A stretch of 64,000 bases of DNA from Minisyncoccia bacterium (GCA_041738755.1 JBGSPE010000005.1:3522-67521); one strand, 5' to 3'; positions 9,405 to 17,970 are shown, counted from the stretch's first letter. The notes: a model not told the origin generated them from the letters alone. Numbers and translations are program-made.

Positions 9405-10490
9405 GTGCCGGCCATGAATTTTTGGAACAATCTCCCTGCACCATTTTTCACTGTCGCACCGATGGCGGATGTTACCGATGCTGCCTTTCGGCAGATGATT
9501 GCCAAATACAGTAGCCATACTCGAGCTGACAGGACTATTGGTGGTCCTGATGTAACGTGGACGGAGTTTGTGGCGGCTGATGGACTCGTACGCGCTACAC
9601 CGGAGGGTAAGGTAAAGCTGCTGGCAGACCTTATTTACGGAGAAGAAGAGCGACCGATAGTGGCACAGCTCTTTTCCAGTAACCCTGAACATATGGAATA
9701 TGCGGCGAATTTATGTCGCGAACTTGGCTTTGATGGCGTTGATATCAACATGGGCTGCCCTGACAAGTCGATTGAAAGACAAGGTTGTGGTTCAGCCATG
9801 ATTAAGACACCAGAGGTAGCAAAAGAAATCATCAGGGCTGCGAAGCGTGGAGCTAAGGATATTCCCGTGTCGGTAAAAACGAGAGTAGGGTATAACCAAG
9901 AAGAAATTGAGACCTGGATACCGACACTGCTATCTGAATCACCAGCCGCTCTTACGATTCACGCCAGAACCAGGAAGGAGATGAGCAAGGTGCCAGCCAA
10001 ATGGGAACGAGTAGCGCGCGTCGTAGCGTTACGGGACAAGCTCGCGCCATCGGTAAAAATCATTGGCAATGGTGATGTCCTTTCACTCAAAGATGCTCAA
10101 GAAAAAATCACTTTTTCAGGTGCTGACGGAGCTATGATTGGACGAGCGCTCTTTGGAAACCCGTGGTTTTTTAATCCTAATCTCCGGTTACCTCATCAGC
10201 TACATGCTTTACCTACCCATGGGGTTGATCGAGAGAAACTTATTTCAATCCAAGAAGATTCAGAAGGTGTCGCAATCGTGCCACTTTCAACGAGGCTTGA
10301 AGCGTTGGTTGAACATACGCAACTATTTGAAACGCTGCTCCCACACAAAAATTTTGCTGTCATGAAAAAACACTACAAAGCGTATGTGACCGGATTCCCG
10401 GGTGCCGCTCCGCTCCGAAATACACTCATGGAGCAATCGTCAGCGGCGGAAGTGGCGGCAGTTGTCCACGCTTTTCTAAAGGCAGCTTAG
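9405..10490 (+). CDS. tRNA-dihydrouridine synthase (Dus family, FMN TIM barrel)
   Basis: FTVAPMADVTDAAFR and DINMGCPDKSIERQGCGSAM motifs with a Dus-type TIM barrel and a C-terminal helical domain. Confidence 0.85.
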   Translation: MPAMNFWNNLPAPFFTVAPMADVTDAAFRQMIAKYSSHTRADRTIGGPDVTWTEFVAADGLVRATPEGKVKLLADLIYGEEERPIVAQLFSSNPEHMEYAANLCRELGFDGVDINMGCPDKSIERQGCGSAMIKTPEVAKEIIRAAKRGAKDIPVSVKTRVGYNQEEIETWIPTLLSESPAALTIHARTRKEMSKVPAKWERVARVVALRDKLAPSVKIIGNGDVLSLKDAQEKITFSGADGAMIGRALFGNPWFFNPNLRLPHQLHALPTHGVDREKLISIQEDSEGVAIVPLSTRLEALVEHTQLFETLLPHKNFAVMKKHYKAYVTGFPGAAPLRNTLMEQSSAAEVAAVVHAFLKAA

Positions 10491-10520
10491 GAAACTTCTC
10501 TAATCATTGGTACACTTAAA

Positions 10521-10814
10521 ATGATGAGTGAGGTTTTGCAAGCAAACATCTTTTTTGTAATCGCTAGTATTGCGACGGTGGTGTTTTGTCTCATGGTCAC
10601 AATGATCCTTTATCAAGTGTATAAAATCGCCCTGCTCGTCCGTTCGCTCTTGGAGCGAATTGAAAGCGCAAGTGAAAACGTCGCTGCTGAAGTTGCACAC
10701 GTACGTCGACTTGTAGCTCAAGGTGGATTGGCTTCGAAGCTGATTAGTTTCGTTTTTGGCTCACGACACTCCACTTCGCGTACTAAGAAGAAGAGCAAAG
10801 AAGAAACGTATTAA
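10521..10814 (+). CDS. Small membrane protein (DUF948-like: one TM plus a helical region)
   Basis: N-terminal hydrophobic helix, then an amphipathic helical segment and a basic tail. No named motif. Confidence 0.4.
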   Translation: MMSEVLQANIFFVIASIATVVFCLMVTMILYQVYKIALLVRSLLERIESASENVAAEVAHVRRLVAQGGLASKLISFVFGSRHSTSRTKKKSKEETY

Positions 10815-10832
10815 AACTTTAATCTATACAGT

Positions 10833-11324
10833 ATGGCACAAAAGAAAGTAGTCAAAAAAGTTGAAGATCATACCGCTCAAAATATTGGTATTGGTGTAGG
10901 ACTCACGACCGCAGCGGTTGCGGCCGCTGGAGCCTTTTTCCTTTACGGTAGTAAATCAGCTGCAAAGAATCGCAAGACAGTTAAGAGTTGGGCATTGAAG
11001 GCTAAGGCTGAAGTGCTTGAGAAACTCGAAGATGCGCAAGCAATGTCACAAAAGGAGTATGAAGATTTAATCAAAAGTGTTTCAGGAGCATACTCAGGAG
11101 CTAAGAATGCTAGCAAGAAAGACATTCTTGAGTTCACAAAAGAAATGAAAGACCATTGGAAGCAAATTGAAAAAGCGGCTGCTCCACTCAAAAAGTCAGT
11201 CAAAAAAGAAGTGAAAACCGCTGCAAAGAATGTAGCAAAAACTGCTGCAGCAGCAGCTGCGGTAAAGACAGTGAAGAAAGTCACAAAGCCTGCGAAAAAA
11301 GCAGTGAAGAAAACCACTAAATAA
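10833..11324 (+). CDS. Membrane-anchored Lys/Ala-rich histone-H1-like protein
   Basis: One N-terminal TM segment (IGIGVGLTTAAVAAAGAFFLYG) followed by a K/A/E-rich low-complexity region (KTAAKNVAKTAAAAAAVKTVKKVTKPAKKAVKKTTK). The minus-strand overlapping ORF 10943..11329 is a shadow of this composition. Confidence 0.6.
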   Translation: MAQKKVVKKVEDHTAQNIGIGVGLTTAAVAAAGAFFLYGSKSAAKNRKTVKSWALKAKAEVLEKLEDAQAMSQKEYEDLIKSVSGAYSGAKNASKKDILEFTKEMKDHWKQIEKAAAPLKKSVKKEVKTAAKNVAKTAAAAAAVKTVKKVTKPAKKAVKKTTK

Positions 11325-11339
11325 ACCAATACTGTTCAA

Positions 11340-11369
11340 AAAACCGGTGCCTAAGGCACCGGTTTTTCT
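11340..11369 (+). terminator. Rho-independent terminator
   Basis: ACCGGTGCC-TAA-GGCACCGGT followed by TTTTTCTT, directly after the stop codon. Confidence 0.75.
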
Positions 11370-11425
11370 TGACATATACACTCACTATTGTAGCATCAGG
11401 TTGGAGATGAGAGAGGAGAGAAGCA

Positions 11426-11731
11426 GTGAACTTTTTTCAGTTTGAAGACCCACCCGATCGACTTTTGGCTGAAGTTGTTGAAGAGTTTGTCGCTGTCATG
11501 CTCGGCGCGACCACGGCTGCCTTCATTTTTTCTTGCCTTGGTCGGATTGTCCGATTTTGGTTTGATATCAGCTATTACAACTTCGATGTCCTGTATGATA
11601 CAACCATGATTCGACAGGTCCAAGATGTTATTCTTGGTATCGTAACGTTGGTAGCTATTGGTCTGCTGCCGGCCATCTGGGTCATCGTCTGGTTTATCCA
11701 CGACTGCTGGTCGAGCGAGACATACCCATAA
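11426..11731 (+). CDS. Hypothetical membrane protein
   Basis: Two predicted TM helices and an acidic N-terminus. No recognisable domain. Confidence 0.4.
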   Translation: MNFFQFEDPPDRLLAEVVEEFVAVMLGATTAAFIFSCLGRIVRFWFDISYYNFDVLYDTTMIRQVQDVILGIVTLVAIGLLPAIWVIVWFIHDCWSSETYP

Positions 11732-11761
11732 TAGTGAGGAGTCACCATTGTTGCCACTCTA

Positions 11762-11805
11762 AAAATCCCTTGTAATACGTAGTATCACTGGGGATTTTCT
11801 TTTTA
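11762..11805 (+). terminator. Hairpin plus T-run (probable terminator)
   Basis: AAAATCCC-(21 nt)-GGGATTTT followed by CTTTTT. It lies between the preceding ORF and the dnaX promoter region (TATACT at about 11819). Confidence 0.45.
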
Positions 11806-11832
11806 TAATCACCATCTGCTATACTAGGATTT

Positions 11833-12861
11833 ATGTCAGTTACTGGAGCTTTATATCGAAAATACCGCCCGCAGGACTTCGCTGAAGTCCGCGATCAAGA
11901 CCATATTGTGAGTGTTTTAGAAGGGGCAATTAAAAAAGCTAATATCCCGCACGCTATCCTTTTTTCTGGTACGAGAGGAACCGGGAAGACAACCCTAGCT
12001 CGCATCTTCGCGAAAGCCATTGGCACCAAAGAACACGATTTATACGAAATCGATGCAGCGAGTAATCGCGGTATCGATGATATTCGCGAACTGAAAGAAG
12101 CAGTTCATACCTTGCCGTATGAATCACCGTATAAGGTCTACATTATCGACGAAGTCCACATGCTCACCAAAGAAGCGTTCAATGCACTCCTGAAGACACT
12201 TGAAGAACCACCGGCTCATGTGGTCTTTATTCTCGCTACAACTGAAGAAGAAAAACTCCTCGATACCATCCTCTCTCGCTGTCAGGTATTTCGACTGCGT
12301 TCACCTGGTCGAGCAGTGTTAGCATCAGTCGTGACTGATGTAGCTAAAAAAGAAGGCTTCACGCTGACGCCTGATGCTGCTGATTTAATTGCGCTGGCGG
12401 CTGACGGGTCATTTCGTGATGCGCTCGGTGTGACGCAAAAAGTCATTTTGGCTTCTGGTGACAAGATTGGGACGATTGATGAGATTGCTTTAATCATTGG
12501 TGCACCACGCATGAGTACGCTTCTCTCGTTACTTACAGCTTTACATGAAAAAGACAAAGTCACTGCGTTAGCTGCGGTAGCAGAAGTGGCTGATAAGGGT
12601 GTTGATATGCGACTGTTTATACGACTCCTTCTCGAGCACGTGCGCGCCGTAATGTTGCTACGCAATCTCCCGGCTGAAGAGGAAAGTATCCTTGGACTGT
12701 TTGGTGAAGCCTCTCGGGAAAAACTCAAAGCGTTTGCTGGTAATGCCTCACCGCTCAATTCACACCTCCTGCTTCGGCTCCTTAGCGTAAGTGAGCAGAC
12801 TGCCCGTTCGCCGATTGCGCAGCTCCCACTTGAAATCGCTATTGTTGATTTGACCTCGTAA
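11833..12861 (+). CDS. dnaX: DNA polymerase III gamma/tau subunit, short (gamma-like) form
   Basis: AAA+ Walker A (GTRGTGKTTLARIFAKAI), Walker B (IIDEVHMLT) and sensor motifs with a clamp-loader lid domain. At 342 aa it lacks the tau-specific C-terminal domains. Confidence 0.9.
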   Translation: MSVTGALYRKYRPQDFAEVRDQDHIVSVLEGAIKKANIPHAILFSGTRGTGKTTLARIFAKAIGTKEHDLYEIDAASNRGIDDIRELKEAVHTLPYESPYKVYIIDEVHMLTKEAFNALLKTLEEPPAHVVFILATTEEEKLLDTILSRCQVFRLRSPGRAVLASVVTDVAKKEGFTLTPDAADLIALAADGSFRDALGVTQKVILASGDKIGTIDEIALIIGAPRMSTLLSLLTALHEKDKVTALAAVAEVADKGVDMRLFIRLLLEHVRAVMLLRNLPAEEESILGLFGEASREKLKAFAGNASPLNSHLLLRLLSVSEQTARSPIAQLPLEIAIVDLTS

Positions 12862-12862
12862 T

Positions 12863-13534
12863 ATGAAAATTTTTTTAGTCCGCCATGGTGAAACTGGTGG
12901 AAATGTTGCACATCGCCATCAAGCTGAACATACACCACTCACGAAGCGCGGTGAAGCTCAGGTAGCGCAAGCAGCTTCAGTTATTAAACAACTTGAACCA
13001 ACCCATCTTTTAAGCAGTCCTTTAGTACGCACCATTGAAACGGCTCGAGTGATTGGGAATGCCTGTGATCTGATTCCAGAACTCAATGGACACTTTGTTG
13101 AGCTTAAGCGACCACCAAAACTGCACGGTCACCACATGAAAAGTTTTCGCTCATTGGCATACTACGCTGAGTGGTACTTTGGACTCAAAAACCCCTTCCT
13201 TCCCGATGGAGAATCATACAAAATGCTTCGAGCTCGAATTGCCGAAGCTCAAGCACACTTAGATTCATATCCTGACGATGCTCGCGTGGTTGTTGTCTCC
13301 CACTCGGTATTTATCAATTTGTTCTTAGTTCATATGTGCTCCAGACGAGCTTTGACACCACTTGGGGCAGTGCGCGCATTTTGGCGAGTCCTTACCATGC
13401 CAAACACGAAAGTCACACCGATTGCATACAACAAAATGGCACCATCTGGTACCTGTGCCTGGTCTCTGGATAAAGAACTTGCCAGTTTGATAAATTCTGG
13501 CAGTATAAGCGCCGACCAGAAAGAAGGGAAGTAA
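12863..13534 (+). CDS. Histidine phosphatase (phosphoglycerate-mutase-like) family protein
   Basis: LVRHGET motif at the N-terminus and a second catalytic His region (VVVVSHSVFI). It starts 1 nt after the dnaX stop. Confidence 0.8.
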   Translation: MKIFLVRHGETGGNVAHRHQAEHTPLTKRGEAQVAQAASVIKQLEPTHLLSSPLVRTIETARVIGNACDLIPELNGHFVELKRPPKLHGHHMKSFRSLAYYAEWYFGLKNPFLPDGESYKMLRARIAEAQAHLDSYPDDARVVVVSHSVFINLFLVHMCSRRALTPLGAVRAFWRVLTMPNTKVTPIAYNKMAPSGTCAWSLDKELASLINSGSISADQKEGK

Positions 13535-13544
13535 TCAAACAATT

Positions 13545-13616
13545 TGCCGGTTCGTCTAATGGTAGGACTCTGGTTTCTGGTACCAGCTATTGGGGTTCGA
13601 GTCCCTGACCGGCAGC
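13545..13616 (+). tRNA. tRNA-Gln (anticodon CUG)
   Basis: TGCCGGTTCGTCTAATGGTAGGACTCTGGTTTCTGGTACCAGCTATTGGGGTTCGAGTCCCTGACCGGCAG. The U1:A72 acceptor pair and G73 discriminator are typical of bacterial tRNA-Gln. The anticodon stem is CTGGT/ACCAG with loop TTCTGGT. Confidence 0.8.
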
Positions 13617-13774
13617 AGTTATGTGAGACCGACAGAGGTCTCTAAAATAGCAAAAGTATATCTAGAACCCTTCATGGGCACGAACTTTCGTGATTTTCAG
13701 TGAAAATAGGATAAGTTTATTTCTAGCCATATATTAAGTTCGAGTCTCAGAGGGTTTTTGCTATACTTATACTT

Positions 13775-14149
13775 ATGAAGCCAACTAGCGAAACGACATT
13801 GAAGCGCGTATACGCAATGATCTTTGCGAAGGTATATCCGATGTACATTGCGAAGGCTGAAAAGAAGGGTCGTACAAAGGAAGAGGTCGACAAGGTGATT
13901 CTTTGGCTCACGGGATACACTCAAAGCAAGCTAAATGTCCAGGTCAAGAAAGAAGTGAATTTTGAGGAATTCTTCAAACAGGCTCCGAAGCTTAACCCTT
14001 TACGAAAGCTCATCACTGGCCTGGTCTGTGGCGTTCGTGTTGAAGATGTAGAAGACAAAGTACTGCGCGAGGTGCGTTATCTCGACAAATTGATTGATGA
14101 GCTTGCTAAGGGAAGATCAATGGAGAAGATTCTGCGGAAGCCACAATAA
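13775..14149 (+). CDS. Conserved small cytosolic protein (DUF2200-like by recollection, not verified)
   Basis: A 124-aa helical protein. The [31 protein letters not shown] segment resembles the DUF2200 family as I remember it. Confidence 0.45.
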   Translation: MKPTSETTLKRVYAMIFAKVYPMYIAKAEKKGRTKEEVDKVILWLTGYTQSKLNVQVKKEVNFEEFFKQAPKLNPLRKLITGLVCGVRVEDVEDKVLREVRYLDKLIDELAKGRSMEKILRKPQ

Positions 14150-14460
14150 TGTTTATGTTTAAGAAATATATTGATTACATAAAAGATAATCCAGAACATT
14201 ACTGGTTCAAGCGAAAGATTTGGGGGTGGGGTTGGGTGCCTGCGACATGGGAGGGATTGTTAACGACACTTGTGTATGTTGGACTCATCTTGCTTATTGT
14301 ACTCAACCGCGAAGAATCAATCCCTGGTAATTCTGATTCAGGAAGCAACTTTTTGATACTTGGATTGCCAATCATTCTCCTGACCGTCACGTTCATTTTT
14401 ATCGTCTACAAAAAAGGAGAGAGGCCAAAGTGGCAGTGGGGATTACCGAAAGATAAATAA
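14149..14460 (+). CDS. Hypothetical small membrane protein
   Basis: Two TM helices and a W-rich N-terminus (KRKIWGWGWVPATWEG). The ATG overlaps the upstream stop codon. Confidence 0.45.
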   Translation: MFMFKKYIDYIKDNPEHYWFKRKIWGWGWVPATWEGLLTTLVYVGLILLIVLNREESIPGNSDSGSNFLILGLPIILLTVTFIFIVYKKGERPKWQWGLPKDK

Positions 14461-14467
14461 TTTATAT

Positions 14468-14926
14468 ATGGAAAAAATAACATTTAGTACAGTTATCAAC
14501 GCAGCAAAAGAAAAAGTTTGGCACACCATGCTTGACGAAGCTACGTATCAAGAGTGGACAAAACCATTTAACGAAGGTTCTCGTTATGAAGGCAAGTGGG
14601 AAGCTGGCTCAGAGATGCGCTTTATTGGTGTAGATGAAAGTGGTAGAGAGACGGGTGGTATGTACAGTAAGATCAGGGAGGCTCGACCGTACGAATTTGT
14701 CTCTATCGAGCATCTCGGAATGATCACCGAAACGGGTGAGGTTAATACCACGAGCGAATCAGTAAAAAAATGGGCACCAGCGTTTGAGAACTATACTTTT
14801 ACTGATAAACAAGGTAATACAGAAGTTTTTATTGAGATAGACGTTGCTGACGAGTGGAAAGAAATGTTTAACGACATGTGGCCGAAGGCATTGATCAAAC
14901 TCAAGGAGATTGCTGAACGAGTATAA
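14468..14926 (+). CDS. SRPBCC (AHSA1/Bet v1-like) family protein
   Basis: MEKITFSTVINAAKEKVWHTMLDEATYQEWTKPFNEGS matches the AHSA1/SRPBCC N-terminal signature. Length is 152 aa. Confidence 0.55.
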   Translation: MEKITFSTVINAAKEKVWHTMLDEATYQEWTKPFNEGSRYEGKWEAGSEMRFIGVDESGRETGGMYSKIREARPYEFVSIEHLGMITETGEVNTTSESVKKWAPAFENYTFTDKQGNTEVFIEIDVADEWKEMFNDMWPKALIKLKEIAERV

Positions 14927-14940
14927 AACTTATATTTTAA

Positions 14941-14991
14941 GCCGTACCAGTCAAGGGCGACCGAGGTGGGTTCGAGTCCTGCTGCGGCAGC
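14941..14991 (+). other. Isolated tRNA 3'-half-like fragment (T-arm plus acceptor 3' strand), a possible att-site remnant
   Basis: ...GAGGTGGGTTCGAGTCCTGCTGCGGCAGC carries a canonical GGTTCGAGTCC T-loop and stem, but no D-arm or anticodon arm can be built from the sequence upstream of it. It resembles the 3' end of tRNA-Gln at 13545..13616 (GGGTTCGAGTCC...CGGCAGC). Confidence 0.3.
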
Positions 14992-15038
14992 TAACAAGAT
15001 GGTTAGGGTAACGATATTTTAAAATTTCAAAAGGGCTT

Positions 15039-15779
15039 CTAATGGAAGTCTTCGATGAAAAAGTTACAGTTGGTCGGATTCTTAGTTTTGATTGCTGCTT
15101 CAAGCGCCGTACATGCTACTTTTTGTCCGCACATGTAGACATCTGCGTTAGAGAAATCACAGCCCGCGAGATTGTCTTGAATATATCCGTTCGGATATTT
15201 TTCTTGCCCTTTATCTGAGACAACGTAGGTGACTGTTACGTTATTGTGCTGGGCTGCTAGCTCATCGAAATAATCACGATGAAGAATTTCTGTTGCGTTA
15301 CGGTTGCCGGTAATAATGGTGAGTGTGGGAGTGTCTTCACGGAGCACGAAGTGCTCTGCTAGTGACTTGACCACCCCCGCACCAATACCAAAGCCAAACA
15401 GAAACACGTTACGACTGAGCATCTTGTCTGCGGTGTTAAGTCCTAGTGGTCCCATCAGCTTGACTGTCTTGTTAGTAAAATCCTCGTCCCATAAGAGGGG
15501 AGTGAGTTCACCACCTGGACTCAAGCGAATTGAAAGAGTGAAGGCGTCGAGGTTTTGATCGCTTGAAGATATCGAGAAGGCACGCCGAATCAGCTTGTTG
15601 TTGTGTGCAATGAACAGGTTTACAAAGGATCCGGCAATAAACGGTAGAGGTTCGCTCGGTGTGACGGTGTATTCGCGAGCAGTGGGTGAAAGTTCACGTA
15701 TCTTTGTGATGGTGCCAGTGATTTGTTTAATTGGTAACATATAGCTAACTTGTTTTAAGTGAAGACGTTTGTAAGACAT
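15039..15779 (-). CDS. FNR-family FAD/NAD(P)H oxidoreductase (Fre / NOX-dehydrogenase-like)
   Basis: FAD-binding R-x-F-S motif (RRAFSISS), GPLG, an NAD(P)-binding glycine-rich stretch (FLFGFGIGAGVV) and a C-terminal CGQ motif. The true start is probably an internal Met (MLPIKQ, about 15740), which would overlap the upstream stop by only a few nt. Confidence 0.75.
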   Translation of the reverse strand: MSYKRLHLKQVSYMLPIKQITGTITKIRELSPTAREYTVTPSEPLPFIAGSFVNLFIAHNNKLIRRAFSISSSDQNLDAFTLSIRLSPGGELTPLLWDEDFTNKTVKLMGPLGLNTADKMLSRNVFLFGFGIGAGVVKSLAEHFVLREDTPTLTIITGNRNATEILHRDYFDELAAQHNNVTVTYVVSDKGQEKYPNGYIQDNLAGCDFSNADVYMCGQKVACTALEAAIKTKNPTNCNFFIEDFH

Positions 15780-16371
15780 AGCCGTGATTACGTAACCAAG
15801 CCAGACTAGTCACCAGTGTAATAATAATGAGGTAGTAGAGTGATAGGGTCTCATTAAGAATGAAGAAGACATACAGCGCACTACCGAAAAAGTAGACGTA
15901 CGATAGGCGTTGGATGCGCTTCCAGTTTTTGCCCAACAACTGTTTAGAGAGGTTGTTGGAAGTAATAAGGAGCAGGATTGCCGAAATGTCAGCGAGGTGA
16001 GCCAGAAGAATTAAATTATTTACTGACCAATAGTCTGGAGAAATCAAACTACTTAGATAATCTGCCGGATCAACTATGACTTTGGCGAGTATAAATGACA
16101 CGATAATGGAAGCTGAAAATACACCAAAACCTTTACGTAAGATTACTAAGGGACGAATCCACGACACACCCCGGAATATGTCAGCCAATGGCCGAACGAG
16201 CATTACTAAAAAGAGGGTTACGTGGGCGGTGGCGTAAAGCCAGAAATAGGTTGTGTCGGTAAACCATCTCGGAGCGAGTACCAGTGCGGCTGGTAACGTA
16301 CTTAATATGACAATCGAGAGCGCGAGCATGGTCGCTTGCAGATGTTTGATAAAAGTGAAATACGTTTTCAT
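15745..16371 (-). CDS. Ferric-reductase-like / MsrQ(YedZ)-like polytopic membrane protein, putative heme-b carrier
   Basis: About six TM helices with conserved His in two helices (ATAHVTLFLV, LLAHLADIS). Its start overlaps the apbE stop (ATGA) and its end overlaps the FNR-like gene start. Confidence 0.55.
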   Translation of the reverse strand: MKTYFTFIKHLQATMLALSIVILSTLPAALVLAPRWFTDTTYFWLYATAHVTLFLVMLVRPLADIFRGVSWIRPLVILRKGFGVFSASIIVSFILAKVIVDPADYLSSLISPDYWSVNNLILLAHLADISAILLLITSNNLSKQLLGKNWKRIQRLSYVYFFGSALYVFFILNETLSLYYLIIITLVTSLAWLRNHGYVLQTSSLKTS

Positions 16372-17267
16372 ATAAGATTAGTTGCGGTAGTTCCGTCAGC
16401 GAAAACTACAAAATATTGATAATGATGAGTACGAGGAGGTGCGTGTTGTAGTGCTTTGGTGATGCCAACTGTTAAAAATAATTTTGTTAATCCTTCAGCC
16501 ACGGCCCCATCACGATGCACAATGGTGGTGGCCACGAGATTGTGATTGGGGTTGTCTAAGCTTGTGGCGTCAACGATGTGGTGTTTCTGACCAGTGATGG
16601 TTTGCCATGTGCGAGCATAGGTACCACTTGTTGCCAGTGCGGTGTCAGTGAGAATGGTTGGAATTTCCTCGCTGGTGATTGGATTATAGAGTTGAAAAAT
16701 GAATGGTTTGTGAACGGTATCGAAGCCATGAGTGGCTATATCGCCACCGATGTTGATGATTACACCAGCGCAAGCCGGATATGACTTTGTTATTTCGTCC
16801 GCTAGTTTCGAAGCTAGATAGCCTTTAAGTATTCCACCAAAATCGAGTCGTTGATTTGGTTTCAAGGTGACAGTGTTTGTGATGTGATTGATGTTGATGG
16901 TTTGTAGAGCGGTGTTGTAGATGGCTGGTACAAGCGTTGCAGTGGTATTTTTGAGAGTGCTAAAGGTATCTGTGTAACCAAGTGTGCGTACTTGCAAGAG
17001 TGGATTAAAAGCTCCAGCTGTCAGCTTATGCAATTCGATACTTTTTGTGAGTACAGTGACGAAGTCGTCGCTGACCACAAGCGTACCGTGCTGATTAAGA
17101 CGAGATAGCTCACTATCGGGCAAGAATCGGGAGAAACGCAGTTCGTAGTCGTGGATGGTGGTGAAGGCCTTAGCGGCGATGGCGTTAGCCATCGCCGCTT
17201 CTTCGCACACAAAAGACAGACTTACATCCGTTCCCATGTGTCGTTCTTGATACGAGTATTCATTCAT
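16368..17267 (-). CDS. apbE: FAD:protein FMN transferase (flavin transferase ApbE family)
   Basis: ApbE signature H-M-G-T near the N-terminus (ERHMGTDVSL), length 299 aa, with conserved Gly-rich and acidic C-terminal motifs (GGILKGY, ATSGTY). No signal peptide is evident. Confidence 0.85.
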   Translation of the reverse strand: MNEYSYQERHMGTDVSLSFVCEEAAMANAIAAKAFTTIHDYELRFSRFLPDSELSRLNQHGTLVVSDDFVTVLTKSIELHKLTAGAFNPLLQVRTLGYTDTFSTLKNTTATLVPAIYNTALQTININHITNTVTLKPNQRLDFGGILKGYLASKLADEITKSYPACAGVIINIGGDIATHGFDTVHKPFIFQLYNPITSEEIPTILTDTALATSGTYARTWQTITGQKHHIVDATSLDNPNHNLVATTIVHRDGAVAEGLTKLFLTVGITKALQHAPPRTHHYQYFVVFADGTTATNLI

Positions 17268-17304
17268 GTTCTATTCATGTATACAGTGCTAAAATGAATG
17301 AATT

Positions 17305-17970
17305 ATGAAGTTACTTATTGTTGAAGATACTGAAAAACTCGCCAAGTATTTGAAGCAGATGCTGGAGGAGGAATCCTACGCAGTGGATGTGGTTGGTGAT
17401 GGGGAGACTGCCGAACGTCGTATCTTGGGTGGTTCTTATGATGCAATTATTTTAGATATCATGCTTCCCGAGCAAGATGGCATTACTACATGTAAGAACG
17501 TCCGAGCTAAAGGAAACACAACTCCAATTCTTATGTTGACCGCCAAAGGTGAAGTAGAAGATCGGATTGAAGGACTCGATAGTGGGGCTGACGATTACCT
17601 CATAAAACCCTTTGCGATGGAAGAGCTTTTGGCTCGAGTCCGCGCACTCTTGCGCCGTCCGACAGTCACCGTAAATGATGAGCTGTTGGTACGAGACGTG
17701 CAGCTTAATTGCAATACTCGTGTAGTTACAGTGGCTGGTGTACCAATTAGTCTAACATTAAAAGAGTACGCGATTTTGGAGTATCTGATGCGTAATGCCG
17801 GGCAGGTGGTCAGTCGCGAGCAACTCATTGACCATTGTTGGGATTTTGCTTACTGTGCTTTTAGTAATATTACCGACGTGTACATTAAGCAGTTGCGACA
17901 CAAATTAGGAGGTGATCATGAACAATATATTAAAACTATTCGCGGGGTTGGCTACACGTTTCAAGCGTAA
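17305..17970 (+). CDS. OmpR-family two-component response regulator
   Basis: Receiver domain (MKLLIVEDTEKL ... ILDIMLP ... LMLTAKG) plus a winged-helix trans_reg_C domain (YIKTIRGVGY). Confidence 0.9.
   Translation: MKLLIVEDTEKLAKYLKQMLEEESYAVDVVGDGETAERRILGGSYDAIILDIMLPEQDGITTCKNVRAKGNTTPILMLTAKGEVEDRIEGLDSGADDYLIKPFAMEELLARVRALLRRPTVTVNDELLVRDVQLNCNTRVVTVAGVPISLTLKEYAILEYLMRNAGQVVSREQLIDHCWDFAYCAFSNITDVYIKQLRHKLGGDHEQYIKTIRGVGYTFQA

Noticed and set aside
12282-12938. 218-aa minus-strand ORF inside dnaX, and similar long antisense ORFs (10943..11329, 25979..26563, 29720..30112, 58420..59073, 59374..59928, 47222..47545)
   Set aside because: They lie antisense to well-supported genes (dnaX, the K/A-rich protein, groEL and others). 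Their Ser/Ala/Arg-rich low-complexity translations are typical shadow ORFs.
15740-15779. Single NOX-like gene split by a sequencing frameshift (TM plus FNR as one ORF)
   Set aside because: Not rejected outright. However the junction shows a stop/start overlap typical of genuine coupled genes, and E. coli MsrQ/Fre provide precedent for separate polypeptides. This needs read-level verification.
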